Virus record (IMG/VR): IMGVR_UViG_3300030433_001529
Span: 1 to 42,257 of that record
DNA: 42,257 nt
DNA from: a virus
Lineage: Duplodnaviria; Caudoviricetes
Strand: one strand, 5' to 3'
Translations under genes and position numbers: made by a program
In this document: piece after piece, positions 25,590-33,308 of the stretch
Layout of the letters: each line of letters opens with the position of its first letter
Position numbering within the stretch: position 1 is the stretch's first letter
Notes under the pieces: generated by a model
Databases searched by the model: none
Told to the model about the DNA's origin: nothing
Seen by the model: only the letters and a program-made list of their open reading frames with translations

Positions 25590-25760
25590 TCAGGCCTTGC
25601 GCAGGATGTCGATTAATGCGTTTGGATATTTGTTCCACCAGTAATCAAGCCTGGCGTCTGCTTCCCGATAGGCCTTGTCAGCAGGTCCGACAAAACCTTC
25701 GAGCATTACCCATTCGCCGTCGTCATCAAAGCGGGAAATGTGAAAAATCGCAGTCATCAT
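25590..25760 (-). CDS. 56-aa early protein (MMTAIFHISRFDDDGEW...YPNALIDILRKA)
   Basis: Hand-translated; fills the gap between neighbouring early genes. Confidence 0.55.
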   Translation of the reverse strand: MMTAIFHISRFDDDGEWVMLEGFVGPADKAYREADARLDYWWNKYPNALIDILRKA

Positions 25761-25786
25761 TAGTTAGCAGTTGATAGCAGTTGTGA

Positions 25787-26044
25787 TCAGGCTGAAGTTT
25801 TCAGGCTTTCTTTCATCATTTCGGCTCCGGCAATGGCTGCGCATAGCCACTCCCACGCCTCGCGCTTGCTATTGCCACAGGAAAGAGTGCGAGCACCCCT
25901 GCCTTCGCATTGCATGACGTTGATGTAACCGTTGGTCGCCTGTGTCCAGATATGGCCGTGCTCGCCATATTCCTGGGGAAGGCCCAACACAGTGTTGAGC
26001 GTCTCGCAGGATCCGTTTAAATGCTTGTTGGTGATTCTGTCCAT
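25787..26044 (-). CDS. Hypothetical early protein
   Basis: 85-aa ATG ORF behind a CCA-repeat leader. Confidence 0.6.
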   Translation of the reverse strand: MDRITNKHLNGSCETLNTVLGLPQEYGEHGHIWTQATNGYINVMQCEGRGARTLSCGNSKREAWEWLCAAIAGAEMMKESLKTSA

Positions 26045-26070
26045 TGGGTGGTGGTGGTGATGGTGGTTGC

Positions 26071-26583
26071 TTAAACGTCAAGCTCAAGAAAGGCAGCGAG
26101 CTTGTGGGCTATGTCCATAATGCAGACATACTGACCAGATTTGATCTGCTCAAAGATGTCATCAGACAGGCCCCCAAAGTCGTCACGGGCTGCGTCAATG
26201 TAAGCCGAGCGGCTTGGGTTGTCCGCGAGCCATTTGGCCAGGTCCGCGTTGTAAACCTCGACCTGCCTATCGACAATGTCGGAGAGGGCATCGCTGTCAA
26301 TGGTGCAGTCTGCATCCCTGATGGCGATCAGCAGCGAGACAATTACGCCATAGCGCCAATCGTTGGGAAGCTCCTCATCATGGCAATCATAGACAAGATC
26401 AGTTAAGTCTGTGTCCACGTTGTTACCCATTGTCCAGTATGTCGTTCCGTTGGGGCGGATGTGACAGGTGAACTGGTCGATAAGTTCGGCTGCGTTTGTT
26501 GGTGGTGGTGGTGATGATTCGGTGTATTGACAGGCCTGGAAGAAATCCAAGCCCGTCGCGTTCATGATGTCAGAGAATGACAA
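26071..26583 (-). CDS. Ocr-like (T7 gp0.3-like) acidic DNA-mimic / anti-restriction protein
   Basis: Very Asp/Glu-rich; 'DALSDIVDRQVEVYNADLAKWLAD' parallels T7 Ocr '[24 protein letters not shown]'; among the first genes injected. Confidence 0.6.
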   Translation of the reverse strand: MSFSDIMNATGLDFFQACQYTESSPPPPTNAAELIDQFTCHIRPNGTTYWTMGNNVDTDLTDLVYDCHDEELPNDWRYGVIVSLLIAIRDADCTIDSDALSDIVDRQVEVYNADLAKWLADNPSRSAYIDAARDDFGGLSDDIFEQIKSGQYVCIMDIAHKLAAFLELDV

Positions 26584-26722
26584 GGGCTGTCAGCAATGTA
26601 ACGAGTGTTAACAGAATGGTCTGTTGGTCCTTGAGCTGCTGGATCTGTTCGGCTTGGGTGTCGATCAGCTCGCAGCTGGCGTCAAGGATGTCTGCCTTTG
26701 TGCTGTGGGTGGTGATGTTCAT
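26570..26722 (-). CDS. 50-aa early protein with coiled coil and C-terminal hydrophobic anchor
   Basis: Start re-assigned to ATG 26722 (MNITTHSTKADIL...ILLTLVTLLTALVIL). Confidence 0.6.
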   Translation of the reverse strand: MNITTHSTKADILDASCELIDTQAEQIQQLKDQQTILLTLVTLLTALVIL

Positions 26723-26761
26723 AGGGGGTGAGGCCTTGCGACCTTTGATGCTTGTGAATGT

Positions 26762-26830
26762 TTGGGCCTTTTTGACCCAATGCCTGTGTCGGGAATCGAA
26801 CCCGACCGAGAGCGGAACCATCCAGGCGGT
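26762..26830 (-). ncRNA. tRNA-like element 1 plus downstream hairpin
   Basis: ACC-GCCTG-GATGGTTCCGCTCTCG-GTCGGG-TTCGATT-CCCGAC-A-CAGGC-AT, then TGGGTC-AAAAA-GGCCCA. Confidence 0.6.
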
Positions 26831-26841
26831 GAGTGAGTGGC

Positions 26842-27012
26842 TCAGTATCCGAGCCAGGTAAGGAGTGTTTCTCCGTGGTTTGCGTAGTCCCCGAGATCCG
26901 GTACGCAGTCAGTCCAGGTGATGCCGTGTTGAGAGCAGAGCTTTATGCAGAGAGCGTCTGACAGGCGTCCGTCCTCATCGGTGTGAGCGAGAACTGAGTC
27001 TTCGAAAGTCAT
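26842..27012 (-). CDS. First early gene, hypothetical (MTFEDSVLAHTDEDG...LLTWLGY)
   Basis: ATG 27012 downstream of a putative host promoter. Confidence 0.6.
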   Translation of the reverse strand: MTFEDSVLAHTDEDGRLSDALCIKLCSQHGITWTDCVPDLGDYANHGETLLTWLGY

Positions 27013-27050
27013 TAGGTGCCGTGTTGTGCCGGGTTGACCGGCTTGATCCA

Positions 27051-27078
27051 ACAATACACGATCGGCAGCCGTTGTGAA
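27051..27078 (-). promoter_or_regulatory. Putative host sigma70 early promoter
   Basis: TTCACA-16 nt-TATTGT about 40 nt upstream of the first early gene. Confidence 0.4.
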
Positions 27079-27079
27079 G

Positions 27080-27415
27080 GGTTGCCAGCGGTTGTCACGG
27101 TGTGACAGTGGTCAGATCCATTGGTATGACTGGCTTATCGAGTATTGTTAACAATTGTTACAGGAAGGAGGGGCGACAGATTGAGCGAGGTTGAGATGAG
27201 AAAATGTAGCGGTTGATACAGTTTTGCAGCGGTGGTGTCCAGAAAAAGCTTGCGTAACTGCCTTTACAGCAGATACTCAACGGCCCAAACCCCTTGCTAT
27301 GACTGACTTCTTGCTGGATTGGACACGCTGCCCAGCCGTTTTTGGACAAAAAGGAGGGGGGCCCTGGGGGTAAATTCGTCCCTGGGCCCGCGTGAATAGG
27401 CTTAAAACATTTTTG
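27080..27415. other. Non-coding region probably containing the physical genome ends / terminal repeat
   Basis: Lies between the last late gene (thyX) and first early gene, as in T7 layout; G/C-run hairpin at 27355-27390; repeated motifs. Confidence 0.6.
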
Positions 27416-28054
27416 TCATTTTTTATCGACCGTTAAACCGGCGTAACACATCGGAAAACACTCTTTAATCAGCTCCCGACACTGTTCAGCGATAATACGA
27501 TGTTCATATTGCGTTCCATTACCACAACGCAGATCACAATAATGAATCCACGATCTCAACGTCCCATTCATATACATCCGAGTAGGACTAGCTAACGGCA
27601 AAACTTCTCTTGCACACTCTTTAGCAACGCCTGCACTAATCATTTCATCATAAAGCAGCATTGCCTGATCAAACACATACTGACTTTTAAGTTGGAACTC
27701 TTGAACAGTCCATTCGGACATGTCATCAGTACTGTTTTGACGGTTTTTAAGATCTTGTTTACGGATGTTAGGGATTACAGGATCTGATTCTACCTTTGCA
27801 TAGCGTTGACTAAACTCTTGAAACGAGAAAGACCTATGTCTTAAAATTTGGGCACTAATTGCACGTGTGGTATTAATCTCTACACACATGTTCACCATTT
27901 CAAAGGGTGACCAATGTTTATGATTTATGAGATATTTAATTAGACGAGCACTGGTCTCAGTGTTGTTTTGATTATTGGGATTAGATACACGTGCCATGTA
28001 GCTAACAAGGTCATCACCATTAGGTGTGGAATGGACTAGGGATACGGAATGCAT
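27416..28054 (-). CDS. thyX: Flavin-dependent thymidylate synthase
   Basis: 'HWSPFEM', 'QILRHRSFSFQEFSQRY', 'GVAKECAR.VLP', 'LR...GTQYEH'. Confidence 0.96.
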   Translation of the reverse strand: MHSVSLVHSTPNGDDLVSYMARVSNPNNQNNTETSARLIKYLINHKHWSPFEMVNMCVEINTTRAISAQILRHRSFSFQEFSQRYAKVESDPVIPNIRKQDLKNRQNSTDDMSEWTVQEFQLKSQYVFDQAMLLYDEMISAGVAKECAREVLPLASPTRMYMNGTLRSWIHYCDLRCGNGTQYEHRIIAEQCRELIKECFPMCYAGLTVDKK

Positions 28055-28437
28055 AATGAAGGTGAATAGAGATATTGATACGGATTAAGTACCCAGCTTA
28101 ATCACATCAATTAAATGAATACGTGTTTATACACATGTCTATTTACATGTTTATATGTACATGTTTATAGATATTGAGTCACTATGATCTTCATCAAGAA
28201 GATGATGTTCGCATCCGTTCGCTTCGCTCACTTCGCTCACTTATCATAGACTTGATTGTCATCATAGAAAAGGGACAAAGAGCTTGTCAGTTTGTCGAGT
28301 CCACTCTTTGTCTCACTTGTCGGAAGGGCTATCCACCCTTTCACCCTCCCTTATAAGGGTGCTACCGTGAGATCAATTGGTATGACATGAGTCTCATTTT
28401 GTCTCAAAGTAAGACTAGATGAACGTTAGTGAACGCC

Positions 28438-30159
28438 CTAGAAGTACTTATAAATACCTCCTTGTCGTGCTTGTTCTCGTTGTTCTTTATTGAGACCAAG
28501 TACAAGATGGTTAGCTAATTGGTGTGGATTTTCAATGGATGCCTTTAAGATGTCATTCCATTCGTCACGTTTACGGATGTTAATTTGTTCTTGTGCGCTA
28601 ATAGCGAGAGCGTCAGTGAAATACTTGACACCTTGTGCCAACGCATCCAATCTGTCGTCATGTTTAACTGCTCCCTTTTCGCGACACATGCGACTCATCT
28701 GATAGAAGAGCATGTATAGGAGTCGTTCTTCAGGGGGAGCGTCTTTGTTCGAGGCATAATCCCAATCAATGACACTGCGGTCAACAACAAGACGGTGCTG
28801 ATTAAGAACGGGTTCCAATGCGTCAATGATTCTGTCTTCTTTACGAACGTTCGCGCGGACTTCTTCGATGTCAATGTTTTGTTTAGTCTGAATTAGATGT
28901 TTTTTAAAGAGTTCGCTGACAATACCGTCACCAAAGTTTGTTTCAATGACAAGTTTAGTCACGCCAAACTTTTTGCACCCTTTTAGAATGTCCAAGAGCG
29001 TGTTGTCGCTGTATCCGTCTCGGTAAGCACGCATTTCATGCAAGTACAAGAAACCGTTGCGTTGCGAGATATAAGCTGCTGTCGTTTCATCCGATCCACG
29101 ACCCGACGGGTCAATTGAGCAGATTGTCTCTTGGTAAGGGTGCCACTCTCCAACGAGCTGCATTGGACTGTAGAAATAATCTCCAGGTAGACCGACAGTG
29201 GGAGCATCTTTGATGACGTTTTGGGGATCGCTGCACCAGACGACACTGTCAGGAGCAGTAGTAGGATTGACAGAGGTGACCACGAGGTCAGCCATTTTAA
29301 GCGGGAATTTTTCAGCATCACTAAGGCTTGTGTCGAGCATGAACTGCAACATGAAGTTGCTACGACCCATCGACGCTTCACGTTCAATCAGATCGTCTTC
29401 ACCAAAACGGTCAGGGTCAGTCACTTCCCACTGCTCTGTACCGTTGTCCATATCAGCCACTAGCTGCGGCGCTAACAGGCCTTCGTACTGACTTACCTTC
29501 CTAGGGTACCTAGCAGGCCAAACAAAGGGCTTGTAGGACCTCTCAGCAAGCTTTCTGTAGACAGTAAAGGTAGTCTGAGGAGTACCTAGGTACATAATTC
29601 GACTATCTTCTTTAGGCGTAAGGATTGACTCAGCTTCTGTACAGAGTTGAAGCAATTTCTCACGCATAAGTTCTGTCATTGAGTTACCGGGAACTTCAAT
29701 ATCGTCAAGAATCATTAAATCTGCACGGCTACCTGTAAGCTGACCAGTAATGCCCACTGATTTAACAGAAGGGGCTTGATGAGGGGAGCAGTTGACATCA
29801 AAACTGATGCGTGACCAACGGGAGTCATCAGATTTAGGACGCAAATGTACCAACCAGGGCGTTTCAATAATTAGTTTTTGTAGGAAGATGGACATGTTGT
29901 CGGCACGTTCTTTAGATGCCGAAATAATCATGATCTTTTTTTCAGGATCGTTAAAAAGAGTCCAAAGCACAAAAGCCCCAGTAATCCAGGACTTGCCAAC
30001 ACCCCGGAAGGCTTGGATTTGTAAGCGCTTGGGGCCGTGTTGTAGGTAATCAGCGATTGCATATTGGGCGCGTGTGGGTGAAGGAAGATCAAGCTCCGCC
30101 CACATTGCTTGCAGGAAGAGCTTGAAATCACCTTGTAACGCCTCTAGGACGTTAGCCAT
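28438..30159 (-). CDS. Terminase large subunit (T7 gp19-like)
   Basis: 'AFRGVGKSW', 'GQLTGSRADLMILDDIE', 'LGTPQ', 'IDPSGRGSDET', 'HDDRLDAL'. Confidence 0.97.
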   Translation of the reverse strand: MANVLEALQGDFKLFLQAMWAELDLPSPTRAQYAIADYLQHGPKRLQIQAFRGVGKSWITGAFVLWTLFNDPEKKIMIISASKERADNMSIFLQKLIIETPWLVHLRPKSDDSRWSRISFDVNCSPHQAPSVKSVGITGQLTGSRADLMILDDIEVPGNSMTELMREKLLQLCTEAESILTPKEDSRIMYLGTPQTTFTVYRKLAERSYKPFVWPARYPRKVSQYEGLLAPQLVADMDNGTEQWEVTDPDRFGEDDLIEREASMGRSNFMLQFMLDTSLSDAEKFPLKMADLVVTSVNPTTAPDSVVWCSDPQNVIKDAPTVGLPGDYFYSPMQLVGEWHPYQETICSIDPSGRGSDETTAAYISQRNGFLYLHEMRAYRDGYSDNTLLDILKGCKKFGVTKLVIETNFGDGIVSELFKKHLIQTKQNIDIEEVRANVRKEDRIIDALEPVLNQHRLVVDRSVIDWDYASNKDAPPEERLLYMLFYQMSRMCREKGAVKHDDRLDALAQGVKYFTDALAISAQEQINIRKRDEWNDILKASIENPHQLANHLVLGLNKEQREQARQGGIYKYF

Positions 30160-30855
30160 TTACTTTTTCTTCTTTTTAGTTTGTTCTGCTTGACGTTTCT
30201 TAGAACGTGCAATCATTTCACGCAGACTGTCGCGTTGCTCCCTGAGCGCAGTCTTTTTGGGTTTTGTAGGTGCGGGACCTGCACCACGCATACGGCTAGT
30301 ATTAGCATTAGAAGGCCGTGCCGCAGTACGCTTAGCGGGTTTAGCGGGTTTAGCGGGCTTAATTCCAGCGGGCTTAGCTACTTTTGTGGGCTTAGTTGCC
30401 TTAGCGGGCTTAGTCGGTCGGGTGCTTTGTTTTCCAGTGCCTACGTATGCTTCACCAGTTCTGCCACCGCCTTGTTCTAAAGCGCGGATCATACGCCTTT
30501 CGTCTTGACGAAGCCGTGCTGCGTCAGTGCGACCTTGGGTGCTGCGTTTTGCACCTCTGGTTGGAGGGAAAATACGACGTTCGCGTTGTGCAGCAGTTTC
30601 GCCTTGAGGGGTTGGTTTGCTGCGATCTCGACCAACAACGTACGTACCTACCGGTTTACCTTTACGGAAATTAGGGCTGTAACGGTCGTAGTGGCTTTCA
30701 GGCATCCAGTTGCCTTTGCCGTCAGCAATAACACGCTTGCCGTTAAGAGTTGCACGCTGTCCTTTGTGTACTACACGCGCAGATTGTGTAGCTTTGCGTT
30801 TTTCAGTTAATTTCTTGCGTAACTCTTTGCGTTGTGAAAGATTTGGACGTGACAT
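30160..30855 (-). CDS. Highly basic low-complexity protein with PAK/PTK repeats
   Basis: 231 aa, Lys/Arg-rich, KPAKPAKPAK repeats; abuts the terminase start. Confidence 0.65.
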   Translation of the reverse strand: MSRPNLSQRKELRKKLTEKRKATQSARVVHKGQRATLNGKRVIADGKGNWMPESHYDRYSPNFRKGKPVGTYVVGRDRSKPTPQGETAAQRERRIFPPTRGAKRSTQGRTDAARLRQDERRMIRALEQGGGRTGEAYVGTGKQSTRPTKPAKATKPTKVAKPAGIKPAKPAKPAKRTAARPSNANTSRMRGAGPAPTKPKKTALREQRDSLREMIARSKKRQAEQTKKKKK

Positions 30856-30857
30856 AA

Positions 30858-31187
30858 TTAGTTAATGTGGGAAATGATAAGTTGCTCTCGTTTTGGATGG
30901 AACCCAAAGGTTTGTCTCATCCATGTAAGCCAATTGCTACTTCCTTTGTCCTGATTACACTTGAGACATGCTGGTACCAAATTGCTTGTAATGTCTTCCC
31001 CGCCGTAGGTGCGAGGATGAACGTGATCCAAAGTAAGTTCGTGTAATTCATAAGATTCTCCGCAATAAACACATGTACAGCCGAAATGTTCTTTAATGCT
31101 GCGCCTCCAAAGGCGCTTTGCTTCAGAGGATGTCATGGTTATTAGATTTTGAAGATAGTGATCAGGACTAGGAAGTAAAGGTGTCAT
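30858..31187 (-). CDS. HNH endonuclease
   Basis: CVYCG...TLDHVHP...GG...NLVPAC..CN..K. Confidence 0.92.
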   Translation of the reverse strand: MTPLLPSPDHYLQNLITMTSSEAKRLWRRSIKEHFGCTCVYCGESYELHELTLDHVHPRTYGGEDITSNLVPACLKCNQDKGSSNWLTWMRQTFGFHPKREQLIISHIN

Positions 31188-31429
31188 GCGTAACGTTTTC
31201 CAAGACGGGGTCTGCGGCGGTTAGTAGATGGTTTTTCAAGTTTTCCTTTGTTAGGACCTGTGTGTGACGCATCTAACCCGTCTCTGTTACCGTAAGTACC
31301 TTTTTCTCTATTCAGTTTGTTCGCTGCCGTTCTAATTTTTAAACCAGCGCCTTTGTTATACTTTGCCTGCTGCTTAAGGCGCCTTTTACGTGCAGCAGGG
31401 TTCTGTTTGTAGTAAGTTGAAGTTTTCAC
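31184..31429 (-). CDS. Small basic protein, possibly degenerate HNH-like
   Basis: 81 aa; 'DGLDASH...NRRR'; coupled to neighbours. Confidence 0.55.
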   Translation of the reverse strand: MKTSTYYKQNPAARKRRLKQQAKYNKGAGLKIRTAANKLNREKGTYGNRDGLDASHTGPNKGKLEKPSTNRRRPRLGKRYA

Positions 31430-31668
31430 CGTTTCCCATAAAGTCGGTTTTGCACAAGTTCTGGGTCAATTTCAGGCATAAGGCCTGCAAGCTTCGACAA
31501 GGGACTGCCTTCAACAGCAACTCCGTTCATGTCGTTGGTCTTCAGCCAATCACAAGCGGCTTTTAGATCCTGAGTAGTAGCTTCGCCAGACTTAATGCGA
31601 GCCAAAAATTCTTTTGTGACAAGGTTGTGGAGTTCATTAAACTGATCTTCAGTTGCTTTTTTGTTCAT
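31426..31668 (-). CDS. Terminase small subunit (T7 gp18-like)
   Basis: 'KATEDQFNELH..VT...L.RI.SGEAT..DL.AA..WLK.N'; position upstream of TerL. Confidence 0.82.
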   Translation of the reverse strand: MNKKATEDQFNELHNLVTKEFLARIKSGEATTQDLKAACDWLKTNDMNGVAVEGSPLSKLAGLMPEIDPELVQNRLYGKR

Positions 31669-31871
31669 GCGGTTCTCCGGTCTCCGTCGTTAAATTTAGG
31701 TTTTTTACGGCGTTTCTTCCAACCCTCTTCTCCACTACGATCACCAGGACCAATCTTTAGTAGTTCTCTTAGATAGAGTTGCTGTGCAAGAGTTTTTTTT
31801 CCATTACCAGCCAGACCAGTTATCGATAGATTGTATTTGTTCTTTAGTTTTTTCTTTTTGGGAACTCTCAT
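31665..31871 (-). CDS. Possible small basic protein
   Basis: ATG ORF filling the gap before TerS with ATGA coupling. Confidence 0.35.
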   Translation of the reverse strand: MRVPKKKKLKNKYNLSITGLAGNGKKTLAQQLYLRELLKIGPGDRSGEEGWKKRRKKPKFNDGDRRTA

Positions 31872-32517
31872 AAGCCACAATGGGAACGACATCGTGACAA
31901 AGTTTTGCGTATGGACTTTCAGGTCTAAACATAAATCCTGTTTTACCTAGCTCAGCACATTTAAGTGCCCGAACTAATTCGTAATCCAATCGCATCTTTT
32001 GCTCGTGTCGTTTTGCAATAGATTTACATTGTTCAACCATACTGCCGTCAAGCGGTACGGAAAAGTTTAAGCTAAGTCCAAAATTACTGGTACGTTGATA
32101 GCTGTCAGTATGTACGTCACCACCTGTATAAAAGGGGCTGACAGTCATCGTTGCACCGTTACAAGAGTTATTAGCGGCAAAAAATTGACGACTAGGTGCT
32201 CCAGTGTTTTGGAATTGTATAGCTTGGTTGGTTACGTTACCCGTGGCCGCGGCTACAGGTGACGCACTATTAGAGACTGTCGGTTCTTCTGCGTAAGCTG
32301 GGTTTACGGAGACGTAGTCTACGACTACTGCGAGAAGACTGACAAGGAAGTAGTAGTAGAGACTTGTTGAATAGTTTCGGTAATGTCGGTGGTTTCGATA
32401 ACTCCTGCTGCTCGGTCTACAAGCTCCAGTTGGAACTGCTCGCCAGCGTTGGTTACTGAAAAGGTTGTCGAAGAGTCCTCGATTGAACCACTGGGTGTAA
32501 CGTTGGTTCCAGACCAT
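31804..32517 (-). CDS. Putative exported protein; start codon unclear
   Basis: Signal-like 'YYYFLVSLLAVV...PAYA|EE' followed by Asn/Ser/Thr-rich domain and Cys-containing C-terminus. Confidence 0.6.
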   Translation of the reverse strand: MVWNQRYTQWFNRGLFDNLFSNQRWRAVPTGACRPSSRSYRNHRHYRNYSTSLYYYFLVSLLAVVVDYVSVNPAYAEEPTVSNSASPVAAATGNVTNQAIQFQNTGAPSRQFFAANNSCNGATMTVSPFYTGGDVHTDSYQRTSNFGLSLNFSVPLDGSMVEQCKSIAKRHEQKMRLDYELVRALKCAELGKTGFMFRPESPYAKLCHDVVPIVAYESSQKEKTKEQIQSIDNWSGW

Positions 32518-32675
32518 GATTTATAAGCTCCGCCGTATACTTCAGTAGAAATAGTACGGTCAATATCAATAGTTGTGGTGGTGGTAGATTGCATACTACC
32601 TTGTGTAAAATTAGGTGTAACGGATTGTGCTTGGGCAGCTAAAGGAAAGAACAACAAAAGTAAAAAATATTTCAT
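32325..32675 (-). CDS. Putative exported protein
   Basis: Signal peptide MKYFLLLLFFPLAAQA|Q; Thr/Ser-rich beta structure. Confidence 0.75.
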   Translation of the reverse strand: MKYFLLLLFFPLAAQAQSVTPNFTQGSMQSTTTTTIDIDRTISTEVYGGAYKSWSGTNVTPSGSIEDSSTTFSVTNAGEQFQLELVDRAAGVIETTDITETIQQVSTTTSLSVFSQ

Positions 32676-32881
32676 GGTTTAGTGGGAGTTTCTTTTTTGT
32701 CAATTCGGCTGATTCCATACGAAGCGAGTGTACCGCTTAGCAGTGAAGCCACAAAAGTAGGATCCATTTTTTGAAGCATACCCATGTATGAAGCAGTTAG
32801 TACACCAGCGCTCCATACAAGCACTAAAGCTTTGACAATTTCGCTAAAGAAGTCATGTACAAAGTTTTTAGTTTTCTGCAT
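32672..32881 (-). CDS. Two-TM small membrane protein (holin candidate)
   Basis: 69 aa, two hydrophobic segments, basic C-terminus; late region after tail fibre. Confidence 0.55.
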   Translation of the reverse strand: MQKTKNFVHDFFSEIVKALVLVWSAGVLTASYMGMLQKMDPTFVASLLSGTLASYGISRIDKKETPTKP

Positions 32882-33308
32882 GTGATTGGTTTGTTGTTAG
32901 AATCTTTTTAATAACGGGTCTCATCAAAGACACTAACCGTTTAAATAATGCAGTGGCGGTTAGGGTGGCAGCAACAGAAACGGTAGCTGTCGTTGCAGCA
33001 GTTACCAGAATTGAAGTTTCAGGTACAGGTATGCTAATATCTGTGTTAGGAATCTGCACTTGAACCACTTCTGGTGGGATAGGTGGTAAAGTAATAGGCG
33101 CTACGGGAGGCTTAACAGGCTCTGTAGCAGCCTTCTTCTGCTTCTTAGGTGTATCGACACCTGGAGGTGGTCTAAGGTCGCTAGGAGGGGCCACAAGCGG
33201 AGTGTATGAAGGCACTTCCGCCTGCGGTATTTCAATAATAGGAGCCGGTAGTTGTATCGGTTCAGGTATTACTATTGACGGAAAGACCATCGGCTCACCC
33301 AAATCCAT
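32868..33308 (-). CDS. Proline-rich protein with C-terminal membrane anchor
   Basis: 146 aa; Pro-rich N-terminus, Ala/Thr-rich hydrophobic helix, basic tail. Confidence 0.65.
   Translation of the reverse strand: MDLGEPMVFPSIVIPEPIQLPAPIIEIPQAEVPSYTPLVAPPSDLRPPPGVDTPKKQKKAATEPVKPPVAPITLPPIPPEVVQVQIPNTDISIPVPETSILVTAATTATVSVAATLTATALFKRLVSLMRPVIKKILTTNQSHAEN

Noticed and set aside
25127-26830. Bona fide tRNA genes
   Set aside because: T-loops are present, but two elements lack D and anticodon arms and none shows a canonical cloverleaf; reported as tRNA-like elements instead
27144-27162. Second NtcA box near the early promoter
   Set aside because: Reads GTA-N8-TAA on the minus strand, a mismatch in the conserved half-site; better explained as part of a local palindrome
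28110-28245. CRISPR-like or iteron array
   Set aside because: Repeats are only 6-9 bp, irregular and without spacers
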